Shown here: one piece after another, positions 47,032 to 60,387 of the stretch | How positions within the stretch are numbered: the stretch's first letter is position 1 | How the letters are laid out: the number at the start of each line of letters is the position of its first letter | Origin: Squalus acanthias | Lineage: Eukaryota | Direction of reading: 5' to 3' | NCBI GenBank assembly: GCA_030390025.1 | Contig: CM059425.1 | Span: 167,154,001 to 167,218,000 of the forward strand | Length of the DNA: 64,000 bases | The notes under the pieces: generated by a model | Database searches by the model: none | Told to the model about the DNA's origin: nothing | Seen by the model: only the letters and a program-made list of their open reading frames with translations | Translations under genes and position numbers: made by a program

Positions 47032-48172
47032 AAGAAAAGAACTTACATTTATATTTTTTTTTTATCACATCCTCAGGCCATCCCAAAATGCTCCACAGTC
47101 AATGAATTATCTTTGAAGTGTAGTCACGGTTACATAAGAACATAAGAACATAAGAAATAGGAGCAGGACCCGGCCACTCAGCCCCTGGGCCCGCTCCGCC
47201 ACCCACAGGGCCTTGACCGATCCGAACTCAGCCTCATGTCCAATTTCCTGCCCGCTCCCCGTAACCCCTAATTCCCTTTACTTCTAGGAAACTGTCTATT
47301 TCTGTTTTAAATTTATTTAATGATGTAGCTTCCACAGCTTCCTGGGGCAGCAAATTCCACAGACCTACTACCCTCTGAGTGAAGAAGTTTCTCCTCATCT
47401 CAGTTTTGAAAGAGCAGCCCCTTATTCTAAGATTATGCCCCCTAGTTCTAGTTTCACCCATCCTTGGGAACATCCTTACCGCATCCACCCGATCAAGCCC
47501 CTTCACAATCTTATATGTTTCAATAAGATCGCCTCTCATTCTTCTGAACTCCAATGAGTAGAGTCCCAATCTACTCAACCTCTCCTCATATGTCCACCCT
47601 CTCATCCCCGGGATTAACCGAGTGAACCTTCTTTGTACTGCCTCGAGAGCAAGTAAGTCTTTTTTTAAGTATGGACACCAAAACTGTATGCAGTATTCCA
47701 GGTGCGGTCTCACCAATACCTTACATAACTGCAGCAATACCTCCCTGTTTTTATAATCTATCCCCCTAGCAATAAAAGCCAACATTCCGTTGGCCTTCTT
47801 GATCACCTGCTGCACCTGCATACTAACTTTTTGATTTTCTTGCACGGTTGTTATGTAGGTAAATGTGGGAGCCAATCTGAATTAAGCAAGGTCTCACAAA
47901 CAGAAAGATGGATGAGTGAACAATTAATTTGTTTTGATGGTATTGGTTGAGGGAGAGATGGATAGCAAGGGAGCTCATTGATCTTTGAATTATTATTCCA
48001 TAGAAACTTTTATGTCCACCTAAAGCACTGGAAGAGGCAGTTTCATACCTCAGCTAAAAGATGGCATCTCCACTGAAGTGCCAGCCTAGGTTATGTGCTC
48101 AAGTCTATAATGGGCAGTGACTATAACCTTCTGACTCAGTGGCAAGAGTACTACCATTGAGTTAAGCTAACA
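47032..48172 (-). mobile_element. tRNA-derived SINE split by a CR1 insertion
   Basis: Tail at 47032-47131 and body/head at 47843-48172 align with 23004-23419. Confidence 0.75.
47132..47842 (-). mobile_element. Young CR1 3' fragment with 7-bp TSD
   Basis: Open ORF2 C-terminus (47234-47842), (ACATAAGA)n tail, and CACGGTT on both flanks. Confidence 0.92.
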
Positions 48173-48637
48173 TTTAAAGGAGTGTAATTAAAATTGTAAA
48201 TAAAACTGTATTAAATGTGATATTTCGCTTACATTTTGAAAAGTTGACCATTAACTGTTAAATGTTTGGCAATTTCCTGTTTCAATTAATCATTTATTTA
48301 AAAATAAATTTTCTTGACATAAAGTGACTGAAAATCCAGAGCCCTTCCAAGGCCCTCTCACTGTAACTCCAGCGGGAGTGTGCTTGAAGGGCTGCATATT
48401 AGGCCAGGACCCAGTTATTTTGGCTCCTGGCCTTACATTGGAATTTCCTAGATGGTCTGTTGGAAGAGGAGCCTCCGCCTGCCCTTGACAAGGCCATCAA
48501 CACAAGATGTGATGGGCAGAGGGCTGGGTCTGTGTTATGAGTCCAGGACAGGACTGTCAGTAAATTTTGGCAGTGTCAGCGGTTGAGATCCTGGGCGGGT
48601 GCATCATCACATGCCAGGTTGTCAGCTTAAATTAATT

Positions 48638-49125
48638 ATCTCTCTATCTCTCGATCTATCTCTCTCACTCTCTATCTTTCTCTCTCTCTCTATCTCTCTC
48701 TATCTCGCTATCTATCTCTCTCTCTTTATCTCTCTCTCTATCACTCTCTCTCTCGATCTCTCTCTCTTTCTCTCTTTATCTCTCTCTCTCTATCTCTCTC
48801 TCTCTCTATCTCTCTCTATCTTCTCTATCTCTCTCTCTATCTCTCTCTCTCTTTATCTCTCTCTCTCTATCTCTCTCTCTCTTTATCTATCTCTCTCTCT
48901 ATCTCTATCACTTTCTCTATCTCTATCTTTCTCTCTAAATCTCTCTCTCTCTCTCTATCTCTCTCTATCTATCTCGATCTCTCTTTCTCTCTCTCTCTCT
49001 TTATCTCTCTCTATCTCTCTTTCTATCTCTCTCTCTATCTCTATCTTTCTCTCTATCTCTCTCTCTCTCTCTCTCTCTATTTATCTCTCTCTCTCTTTAT
49101 CTCTCTCTATCTCTCTCTCTCTCTA

Positions 49126-49159
<34 letters not shown>

Positions 49160-49467
49160 TATCTCTCTATCTATCTCTATCTCTCTATCTCTCTCTCTAT
49201 CTATCTCTCTCTCTATCTCTCTCTCTCTATCTATCTCTCTCTCTTTATCTCTCTCTCTCGCTCTCTCTCTATCTCTCTCTCTCTCTCGCTCTCTATCTCT
49301 CTCTCTCTATCTCTCTCTTATTTCTCTCTTTATCCCTCTCTCTCTTCTCTCTCTGTCTCTCTCTCTATCTATCTCCCTATCTCTCTCTTTATCTCTCTCT
49401 CTATCTCTCTCTTTATATCTCTCTCTCTTTATCTGTCTCTCTCTCTCCCTCTCTATCTCTCTCTATC

Positions 49468-49498
<31 letters not shown>

Positions 49499-49588
49499 AT
49501 CTCTCCCTCTATCTCTCTCTCGCTCCCTCTCTATCTCTCTCTCTAACTCTCTCTCTATCTCTCTCTTTATCTCACTCTCTATCTTTCG

Positions 49589-49626
<38 letters not shown>

Positions 49627-49743
49627 CTCTCCCTCTATCTCTCTCTATCTATCGCTCTCTCTATCTCTCTCTCTATCTCTATATTTCTCTCTATCTCTCT
49701 CTCTTTATCTCTCTCTCTCTTTATCTCTCTATCACTCTCTCTA

Positions 49744-49776
<33 letters not shown>

Positions 49777-49991
49777 ATCTGTCTGTCTCTCTCTTTCTCT
49801 GTCTCTCACTATCTCTCTATCTCTAACTCTCTCTCTCTCTATCTATCTCTCTCTCTATCTCTATCTCTCTCTCTCTCTCTATCTCTCTATCTCTCTCTAT
49901 CTCTCTCTCTATCTATCTCTCTCTCTCTATCTCTTTTTCTTTATCTCTCTCTACCTCTCTCTCTCTCTCTTTATCTCCCTCTCTCCCTTTA

Positions 49992-50026
<35 letters not shown>

Positions 50027-50285
50027 CTCTTTATCTCTCTCTCTCTCTATCTCTCTCTCTATCGCTCTCTCTCTCTATATCTCTCTCTCTTCATCTCTCT
50101 CTCTCTATCTATATCTCTCTCTGCCTGTCTCTCTCTCTGTCTCTCTCACTTTATCTCTCTCTATCTTTATCTATCTCTATCTCTCTCTCTATCTATCTCT
50201 CTCTCTATCTCTCCATCTCTCTCTCTATCTCTATATTTCTCTCTATCTCTCTCACTTTATCTCTCTCTATCTTTATCTATCTCTC

Positions 50286-50318
<33 letters not shown>

Positions 50319-50407
50319 ATCTATCTCTCTGTCTATCTCTCCATCTCACTCTCTATCTCTATATTTCTCTCTATCTCTCTCTCTTTATCTCTCTCTCTAA
50401 CTCTCTT

Positions 50408-50438
<31 letters not shown>

Positions 50439-50840
50439 ATCTCTATATCTCTCCCTCTATCTCTCTCTATCTCTCTCGTTATCTCTCTCTCTATTGCTCT
50501 CTCTCTCTCTTTATCTCTCTCTCTCTCTCCCTCTCTCTCTATCTCTCTCTCTATGTCTCGCTCTATCTCTCGCTCTCTATCTCGCGCTCTATCTCTCTCT
50601 ATCTCTATATCTCTCCCTCTATCTCTCTCTATCTCTCTCGTTATCTCTCTCTCTCTCTCTATCTCTTTATCTCTCTCTCTCTCTATCTCTCTCTATCTAT
50701 CTCTATCTCTCTCTCTATTTCTCTCTCTCTATCTCTATCTCTCTCTCACTCTATCTCCCTCTCTATCTCTATCTCTCTATCACTATCTTTCTCTCTATCT
50801 CTCTATCACTTTATCTCTCTCTCTCTCTCTATCTCTCTCA

Positions 50841-50880
<40 letters not shown>

Positions 50881-51218
50881 CGCCATCTCTCTCTCTCTAT
50901 CTATTTCTCTCTGTCTGTCTCTCTCTCTATGTCTCTCTCACTTTATCTCTCTCTCTTTATCTCTCTCTCTCTATCTCTCTCTATCTCCTCTCTCTATCTC
51001 CCTCTCTCTCTATCTCTATCTCTCTCTCTCTATCTATCTCTCTCCCTATCTCTCTCTCTCTATCTCTCTCTATCTCCCTCTCTCTATCTCTCTCTCTTTA
51101 TCTATCTCCCTCTCTCTATCTCTCTCTCTCTCTTTATCTATCTCTCTCTCTCTCTATCTCTCTCTATCTCCCTCTCTCTATCTCTTTATCTATCTCTCTC
51201 TATCTCTCTATCTCTTTA

Positions 51219-51263
<45 letters not shown>

Positions 51264-51266
51264 ATC

Positions 51267-51301
<35 letters not shown>

Positions 51302-51322
51302 ATCTCTCTCTCTGTATCTCTA

Positions 51323-51355
<33 letters not shown>

Positions 51356-51360
51356 CTGTA

Positions 51361-51395
<35 letters not shown>

Positions 51396-51448
51396 ATCTC
51401 TTTATCTCTCTTTCTCTCTATCTCTCTCTCTCTCTCTGTCTCTCTCTA

Positions 51449-51479
<31 letters not shown>

Positions 51480-51482
51480 GTA

Positions 51483-51523
<41 letters not shown>

Positions 51524-51690
51524 TTATCTCTCTATCTCTCTCTATCTCTCTCTCTATCTCTATCCCTCTCTTTATCTCTCTCTCTCTTTATCTCTCTCTC
51601 TCTATCTCTCTCTCTCTCTCTAACTCTCTATCTCTCTATCTATCGCTCTTCCTCTCTCTCCCTATCTCTCTCTCTCTCTCTATCTATCTC

Positions 51691-51723
<33 letters not shown>

Positions 51724-51822
51724 ATCTCTCTTTATCTATCTCTCTCTCTCTATCTCTCTCTCTCTCTCTCTATCTCTTCATCTCTATCTCTCTCTCTCTG
51801 TCTCTCTCTATCTCTGTCTCTA

Positions 51823-51854
<32 letters not shown>

Positions 51855-52088
51855 TATCTCTCTCCCTCTCTCTCTCTATCTCTCTCTATCTCTCTTTATC
51901 TATCTCTCTCTCTCTATCTCTCTCTCTCTCTCTCTATCTCTTCATCTCTATCTCTCTCTCTCTGTCTCTCTCTATCTCTGTCTCTATCTCTCTCTCTCTA
52001 TCTATCTCTCTCTCTCTCTCTCTCTATCTCTCTCCCTCTCTCTCTCTATCTCTCTCTATCTCTCTATCTCTCTCTATCTCTCTCTCTC
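48638..52088. repeat. ~3.45-kb compound (CT)n/(CTAT)n polypyrimidine tract
   Basis: Directly visible. Confidence 0.98.
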
Positions 52089-52862
52089 AAAGCTTTTAGC
52101 TCAAAATGGTAATTTTTAAAATAAAAAACATCAACATTCTGTTACATTTGGGACTATCAGTAGCTGTTTAATTAAAAAAATGTTATAATTGGAGCCATCA
52201 AGGACTCCGCGAAACTGTCTTAATAATGACAATATTTATAGCATTATATGGGAATAGAGTCCCAATAGTTGTTACAACAAAGTTAACCTGTAACATTCCC
52301 CTTTTGTTGGTTGAGCATGTCCATATTATATAAAACCTTTGTAACTGACATGCAAATTTAAAATGTAGAGCAATTATAAATCACATGCACAAGAGGCAAG
52401 GCAATCAACAAATCTAAATCACATTGTTCCACTTAGTGTTATTGAATTGTTTTCATTATTATTATAGTTCAAGGATTCAGTTCAAGTTGTGAAAGGAACA
52501 CTGCTGTCTAACAAGAATGTGTCGGTATTGAGGACAATTCTCTCCACTGTCTACTGGCTACTGCCAATTTATATTTTTCATTCTTCAGGTTCAATACTTT
52601 GCTCTATTTTAAGCTAGAGATTACAGATGTGAGAAACACAGAAAATACACAAATGCCTGTCAAACATTATTGAAAAGAGCCCTGCATTGACATTCTAAAT
52701 GCAACATTGGCTTTGTCTCATACAACGCCAACAGAAAACAATATGTATTTCTGTAGCATTCTTCATGTGCATTGTACTCTCAATCTCAAGGAGAAAACAG
52801 AGGAAGCCAAGCAGTAGAATAAAAGAGAAAAAGGGTGACGATTGAGAATCACCGGAGACATT

Positions 52863-53616
52863 GGCCCAGATATTCCGATCGCAGGCCTCCCGCGGGCGGA
52901 GGACTGCGATCTGGAAAAATCTGCGCCCTTACCTGAGGGCTCCCGGGAGGCGCACAGTTCCGATGCTGGGCCTCTCCAAACTGCCGGTGTGCAGGGCCCA
53001 TGTATCCCAGAGGCGCAGGCGGTTCGCAGTGTCCCTGAAATCACTTGGGCCATGGGGAGCCAATCAAAGAGAATCTCCCTTCATACATTTGACAGGAAGA
53101 TCTGTCAAATATATGAATGGAGATCACCCCCAAAACATAGTAAAACTTTAAATAAATTTAAAAAAAACATCACATTTTTAAAATGACTTGAAAGTCCAAT
53201 AAATTAACTATTTTATACAAAACTTTAAATTTTTGAAAAAAATAATTAAAGTTTTTTACGGGGCTAAAAATAAACTTACCTTTTTAAAGTATTTTTAAAT
53301 GATAAATCAGTGGAAACATTTTTTTTTTTACTTTTTTCAACTCTTATCCTGGTAAAAGCGGGCCGTACGCCTGCTTTTACCAGGCGCAAGAATTGTAAGG
53401 GTTTTCTGCGGGTGGAGGGTCTCCAAAAAGCGGAACTATCCGCCCACAGAGGCCCTTCTCCTGGGCAGGCGGAGGATCTGTCAAGAGCTTTCTTGACAGA
53501 TCGGAAATGCCGGTTTTCAGCACATGCGCAGTGCATGCCTGAAACCGGCATTTCCGATGTCCCTACGGGTGGGTACACAGCGTGTACACACCCGTAGGGA
53601 TTGGAATATCCGGCCC
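52863..53616. mobile_element. MITE with 14-bp TIR and internal hairpins
   Basis: GGCCCAGATATTCC and GGAATATCCGGCCC (12/14 match). No matching TSD seen. Confidence 0.7.
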
Positions 53617-53869
53617 ACAGTCAAAGAGAGAGCTTTGAGAAAATACCCAGTTATCAGTTGACACTTTCAGTAACTTGGTGGGCAAATTTTGTTTTGAGCT
53701 GAAGGGTGCAGGGGCAAGTCTAACTAACGGCAGACACCATTAGATGGCCTGCTGCAGCAAAATCTGGCCCATTATTTCCTGAAAGAAATCTAATTTGCAT
53801 TTGAATGAATCAACATTTTCTGCTTCCACCGTCTCCCTAAGGAGCTGTTACATAGATTTACCACTAGCT

Positions 53870-54690
53870 CACTGAAATAATGACAGGTGGGAGAGGGTTA
53901 TAAAGTGAAATACGAGCAACGCGACCCCAACTCGCCGCACATGTAAAGGCGGTGGATATTGGGGCATCCGAGTATCCCGTCATGGAGAGGCAGGGCAGTC
54001 ATTAACATATGTAAATTGGGCTCCTATAATGCAATTGGGAGACCGATTTGAAATTAATAGCTGCGTGGATTTCCCGTGGGTCGGGGAATTCGACTGTGAA
54101 ATGGAGGCGAGATTGAGCTGCACTTTATCTGGGTGGTTAAAGGTCAGGAGGCCTGATCTGTTTAAAGGTTCAGTGCTCACAGCTGCTTTCTCAGTTCGCT
54201 CTGGGACATGGTTTGGTGAAAGTACCTGGTGTGAGAGAGTTATTTGAAGAGTTTTGAGTTGTTCAGATAAAGAAGCTCTTGATGGGGGGTGCCATGGTTG
54301 CTTTTGATTTGATTTCAAAAGAGGAGAATGAGGATCAACAGCAGCAAGGGTGTGCTGTGGAGGGAGCTGCAGGTGGCCAGCAGAGCAGGGAGCAACAAAT
54401 GGGCCGAGCTCGCAGGAGGCACTACCCACCTAACAGGGTCTACAGACAGAGGCTCAGCTTCCTTGACCTGTCGGAGGAGCAGTGCTTCTGAAGGATGAGA
54501 TTGTCATGTCAGGTGGTCGCAGACATCTGTAGCCTCCTAGAGGAAGACCTTCTACCTGCTGGACCAGGTAGCCACACAGTACCAGTGGCCGTGAAAGTCA
54601 CGACCGCCACCGTTTCTTTGCCTCCGTTCTTTCCAGGGTGCTACTGGAGATATAGCGAGGGTCTTGCAGTTGGCTGCACATAAATTCATA
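53870..54690 (+). mobile_element. Harbinger left end with 5' transposase pseudogene fragment (~54281-54690)
   Basis: RRRHYPPNRVYRQRLSFLDLSEEQCF*RMRLS...VPVAVKVT; truncated at a CR1. Confidence 0.8.
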
Positions 54691-55100
54691 AGGCAGAGCC
54701 CTATATAATTGGAGTAACACTTCTTCACTCTTATACTTCAATAATTTTGTAATAAAGGCTAACATACCATTTGCTTTTCTAATTGCTTGCTGTACCTGCA
54801 TGTTAACTTTCAGTGATTCGTGTACAAGGACACCCAAGTCCGTCTGAATACCAACATTTCCCAATTGCTCACCATTTAAAAAATATTCTGCTTTCCTATT
54901 TTTCCTACCAAAGTAGATAACTTCACATTTCTCCACATTATATTCCATCTGCCATGTTCTTGCCCACTCACTTAACCTGTCTATATCCCATTGCAGCCTC
55001 TTTGCATCCTCCTCACAACTTACTTTCCTACCTAGCTTTGTATCATCAGCAAATTTAGATATATTACATTTGGTCCCCTCATCTAAGTCATTGTCATTGA
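54691..55100 (-). mobile_element. CR1 RT fragment
   Basis: DLDEGTKCNISKFADDTKLG...LLQLYRAL. Confidence 0.9.
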
Positions 55101-55107
55101 TATAGAC

Positions 55108-56900
55108 TGTACGTGCAAAAGTTTTTAAGGTGGCAGGACAAGTTGAGAAGGCTGTTAAAAAAGCGTATGGAATCCTTAGGCTAGAAATTCGTGGCCTTAG
55201 TGCCACTCCATAGCTCCATTAAATTGCGCTAAAACGGCAGCCACTACTCTTTCGGCAGCTGCTGGCGGGTCTCGTGGCGCCGGCCATTTTCGTCCTTACC
55301 TTTGTGCTACCGGTAACTGGCAGTGCCACCCCGAACAAAATGGCGGCATTGTAATGTAAATCGGCATACAACGCCGACTTAACATCACAAGCATGAACTT
55401 TGACCCTGGTGCTGAATTCAACTAAATTCAACCTCCTGGCTCCTGTGGGTAGAGGGCCTGTCTTGCAGTGTTGACCCCCTGCACAAAGCTGGAGTGCTGC
55501 GTGCAAGACCCTGGGTGCCCCTTCCCTGGCTTGCTGAGCCACTTGTGTTAGTGCTGAGGCTTTTTTCCATTTTTTGAGGTTAGGGAGAGAATTCAGCTTT
55601 AAGAGCTGAATATTCACATTTGGTACTTTTTAATTTTAAATATTTTTTTAAAAGGCGGAAAAGGCTGAAAACTGCATTGTTTCACTTCATTTTAATTTTA
55701 TTAATTCAGAGTGCATGGCCCCTTTAATTCTCAGGCCTCTTCATTGCCCACAATTCCTTGCAAGCTCCACAGCCTCGCTTCCAGAGGCTGTGCGAAGCTC
55801 CAACGCCACTCCTGCACATGAACTTCGGGTTGGATGCCTCCAGTAACGCCACCAAGATGACGTTGCATGGCAGGTAAGAGCTGCGCCAACAATCTCCATT
55901 CCCCCAGATGAATTTTGCTCCGTTAGTGTTGCGGCCATTTTCATCGACCGTCAACTGCAGTTGCCGGTCACACCGGCATCTTTACTGACTAAAACAAATT
56001 TCTCACCCCTTGGCTTTATAAACAGAGGCCTGGACCCGATTTTAACTCCAGGTGGATTCCCCGCTCAGGCCTGAGTTCAAATTACAGTCGAGTCTCAATT
56101 ATGTCATTGGGCCGTAACATGCTTATGTAAAGAAGTACCCTGTTGGCTCTGGGCGTGTATCTTTGCTGCCTGCTCAGGAGAGCAGGTTAAAATTGCAGAT
56201 GATGTGATCATAGTGACTTTCGGACAGGTAAGAGCCAGGGCAATTTTAACTGCCTACCTGCCAGGTTTCTGCTGAGCGAGTAGGGTTACAAAAGCAAGGA
56301 TGTTATCCTAAACCTTTATAAATCACTGGTTAGGCTCCAGCTGGATTACTGTATCCAATTCTGGGCACCATACATTAGAAAGGATGTCAAGGCCTTAGAG
56401 ATGGTGCAGAGGAGAGTTACTAGACTGGTACCAGGGATGCGGGATTCGGTTATGTGGAGAGACTGGAGAAGCTAGGGTTGCACTCCTTGGAGAAGAGAAG
56501 GTTAAGGGGAGATTTAATAGAGGTGTTCAAAATCATGAAGTGTTTTGATAGAGTAAATAAGGAGAAACTGTTTCCAGTGGTAGAAGGGTGGGTAACCAGA
56601 GGACATAGATTTAAAGTGATTGGCTAAAGTACCAGAGGAGAGGTGAGGAGAATTGTTTTATGCAGCAAGTTGTTATGATCTGGAATGCACTGCCTGAAAG
56701 GGTGGTGGAAGCAGATTCAATACTAGCTTTCAATGGGTAATTGGATAAATACTTGAAGGCGAAAAGTTTACAGGATTATGGGGAAAGAGCAGGGGAGTGG
56801 GACGAATTGGATAGCTCTTTCAAAGAGCCGACACAGGCACAATGGTCTGAATGGCCTCCTTCAGTGCTGTATCATTCTGTGATTGTAAGATTCTATGATA
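55108..56900 (+). mobile_element. CR1 3' part interrupted by two MITEs (55178-56008 and ~56030-56287)
   Basis: KVAGQVEKAVKKAYGIL continues as GFINRG after 56011; tail near 56875-56900. Confidence 0.85.
55178..56008. mobile_element. Non-autonomous Harbinger derivative with CTT TSD
   Basis: Ends AGGCTAGAAATT and AATTTCTCACCC; CTT at 55175-55177 and 56009-56011 (the CR1 rejoins as ATCCTTGGCTTT). Internal Myb exon-1-like remnant QQAREGAPR on -. Confidence 0.8.
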
Positions 56901-58861
56901 TCAGTGGGGGCAGCTTCAGTGGGGTAGAGGTTGTGAAACAACTTCAATGGAGGGACCGCATGAGCTGAGGACAGGACAGTTGTCATGTGGGGAAAGGACT
57001 TTGGTAAAAAGAATTGATGGAATGGCAGATTCCCTGATCGAAAACATCAGATCTGGGTATATAAGGCTTATGCATCAGGGTGCCATGTTACAGGCCACTT
57101 GTCTCAAAGTTGGACTGCAACATGCCCAGAGTGAAATCAACTGTTTTTTGATCAGGACAGTTTATTTTAGGTCAGGGAGCTAATTGGCAAAGCAATGTGG
57201 CTGGAAGGCAAGGCCCATTTTGATAATTATATGAATAGGAGGTCTTCCTCACAGGCAAGCCCGTGAAAATTTGAAGCAGGGAACAACAGGGTCAGGACAC
57301 GAATCTGGTACCAGAGACCCAATTCAAGAACTATGCGAGGGGATAAATGTTGGGGGGAAATACAGTGAAATTAAAAATAATAAGATACTACAAAATAAGT
57401 AAACTTTTAAACAAAGTCAAAAATTTACCTTTACCATTACCTTTACCAAGATAGCTGATAAATATGCATTTGAGAGAGCAGACTGCTGCAGAGCTACCTA
57501 GTGGTCAAAGCATGGAACTACAGACAGATTGAAAACTTTTTAATAGGCAACTGTATAGAGTCACCAGCTTTTGAGATTGAAAAGCATGACAAAGGGCTGG
57601 GTGCTGTAAATGGGAAAACCCTATTTGAGTACCACCTACAGATATCTCAGGTAATTACAAATGTAACAGGGTGCCGACACAATTTACAGTAAAAAGTCCA
57701 TAAACTATGTAGACAAGTGGGAGGAAAACCTGTTTTAATAATATATCTAAAATATAGTGAGAATAGAAAATGTAAAACTCCCAAAAGCCTCACTATGAAA
57801 GATCACACTACGACCAACATATCATTCACAGCAGCCTAAACAAGCTTCAGCAGCTAACGGAGCAATACTTGGCTATTCCAAAATGAACCAATTCAAAACA
57901 TTGCCAATATGGTGACAAATACCTTTCAACCTTTATATTGGTATTGAATATGCTTCTTTTCTGAGCTCTTGAGACAACAAAACAATTTCAGACACTATAC
58001 CTAAATGTAACAAAAAAAGATAGAAATCACAAATTGTGCCTAGTTGAAATGATGAAAGGATAAAAGATTGATTCAACGTTGTGCTTTTCCCTTCAGTGGT
58101 TGCATGTGGAGTTAAATGGAAAAAAATAGCCCTGGGAAAAACCGTTTCAAGTTCAAATAAATACATTAGACCTTTTAGATAGCTGTCTTTGGGAGCTTGA
58201 CAGAAAGCCTGTTATGCAGCATGTTACAAGAGATGTCTTACAGTGTTTTCCAATTTGTGTTTTATCAGTTTAAAATATATTAGAAATTTATACTGAAGTG
58301 GTACTGTATTTTTAAAGTTAAGGATGCTGTTTATGAACAGTACTAGTACAGAAAAAAATAATCATTGGACACTCTGTTTTTTATGCCTAGAATATAGGTA
58401 ACAAAGAATGCTTTTTAGCTTTAATAGAAATAGAAATAGATTTTAGTGTGAAATTATTCTACTTATTCACTTGTTCACTTAGTCATTGGCACATTTAACA
58501 AAATACTTTGGATATTTATGGTGAAGTACTTCAAATACCTTAAAATGTGTACAGTGTGCTTATTGATGTACTGCAGTGCCTAATTACATTTTCTGTTTAA
58601 TAATAATGGATGTCGCCATATATTCAAAAGATTCACTTTGCGCCTAACCACATAATCAGTAGTGGTTAATTGGCAGCAGGGAATAAACGTACATTACTTG
58701 TTAATAGTGAGAGTTATTTGTAGGTGCTCATAAATCATCTACTGAATAACACAGTAACTGAACTCCTGATGGAGCACGCCAAAATGTTAATCTTAGTATA
58801 CAGCTTTATTCATTAAATATACCGAGTATTCTTTATGCTTTATCCCATCTTTCATCCTACA

Positions 58862-59385
58862 TAAACTTGAACTCATCCAAAACTTTGCTGCCCGTTTCCT
58901 AACTTGCATCAAGTCCCGTTCACCCATCACCCCTGTGCTTGCTAACCTACATTGGCCCCTGGTCCAGCAACGTCTCTATTTTAAAATTCACATCCTTGTT
59001 TTCACATCCCTCCATGGCCTCGCCCCTCCCTATCTCTGTAATCTCCTCCAGACCCACAACCCCCCCGAGATCTTTGCATTCCTCCAATTCTGGCTTCTTG
59101 AGCATCCCTGATTTTAATCGCTCCACCATTGGTGGCCGTGCCTTCAGTTGCCTAGGCCCTAAGATCTGAAATTCCCTCCCTAAACCTATCTGCCTCTCTA
59201 CCTCTCGCTCCTCCTTTGAGACGCTCCTTGAAACCTAACTCTTTGACCAAGCTTTTGGTCATCTGTCCTAATAGCTCCTTATGTGGCTCGGTGTCAAATT
59301 TTGTTTGATAATGCTCCTGTGAAGTGCCTTGGGATGTTTTATTACATTAAAGGCGCTATATAAATACAAGTTGTTGCTGTTGCTT
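58862..59385 (+). mobile_element. L2 3' end
   Basis: Reverse-complement match to 4681-5048; tail TATATAAATACAAGTTGTTG. Confidence 0.85.
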
Positions 59386-60387
59386 CCTTAAGTGAGAATG
59401 GTTTATCTCATAGGTCAAGAGCCAGAAAAACAAATTGTATACCAAGAGCTACAAGTTTCAAATATATTTGGATCTTCACTGATATTTCATTCAAAAACAA
59501 GTATACTGTACAATAAAATTAGAAAACAACACCATTAATATGACTTTAGATGTGTTTGCAGGATTTTCCTCTCTAGTGGCTTTGCCAACAGATGTGTGGT
59601 GGGTGAGATTTCTAATCGCCCAGCATTGGCCCAATGCAGATTTCCTAAGTTCAGCCTCAATTAAATATTTCTAATGTCTCCTGGCAGCATTCCCACATGT
59701 CCTTGGAAACCTGCCACTGTGGTGGAGGAGCAGGAATTGGCAGCTGCTGCAGGGATTTGATGCCGACAGCAGCTTTAAGGGCTAAGCAGCCTATCCAACT
59801 GAGGACCATGTTGCTGGCACCACCGTTGCTGCCAAATTTCAGCAGTGGCGGAATGTTGAGCATAAGTCCCTCACTCCATTGTTGTGCCTACTATGGGCAT
59901 TTGGTAGTCAATTTTCCTCTCGCCCCTCTGCAACTGATGTGGAGCACACCGGAAGTGCACTCTTACCAAACACACCTGAACCCTGCCTTCATTTGATGAT
60001 TTATATAGAGTGGGTGTGCGGTGAGCAAGCCTAGCACCCTGTCATTAGACCCACTCTCATTATTGGAGAGTAAGTGGTTTTGCTGCTGTGAGCCTTAGAA
60101 GCAGCAGCTTAAACATACTGTGACTTTGTGAGCAATGTGGCAGACTGCTTTTATAAGCTCTTTTTGTCTCTATTGTGGCAGGTTAAATTGGTAAGTCCTT
60201 TTTTTTCTGGCCACTTGCATTTGGTGTAGATTTATTCCTGTGGAAGTTGTAATTCATGACTGGCTAGTGCTAATTGGCTCAGAGCATAAATAAGAGGAAA
60301 TAGTGGCCCAGTCCAGACTGCCCCTCCTGCTGAGGTCTTTACATTTTTTTCTGCACTGCAGTCGTGTCCACTGCAACTGATATTCAA

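Noticed and set aside
48599..52119. Long Leu/Ser ORFs (315, 541 and 356 aa)
   Set aside because: Artefacts of the CT microsatellite, which lacks stop codons.
54691..55177. Twin-priming 5' inversion of a single CR1
   Set aside because: The two opposed pieces cover overlapping ORF2 sequence and differ in subfamily (KVNMQVQQAIRKANG versus KVAGQVEKAVKKAYG).
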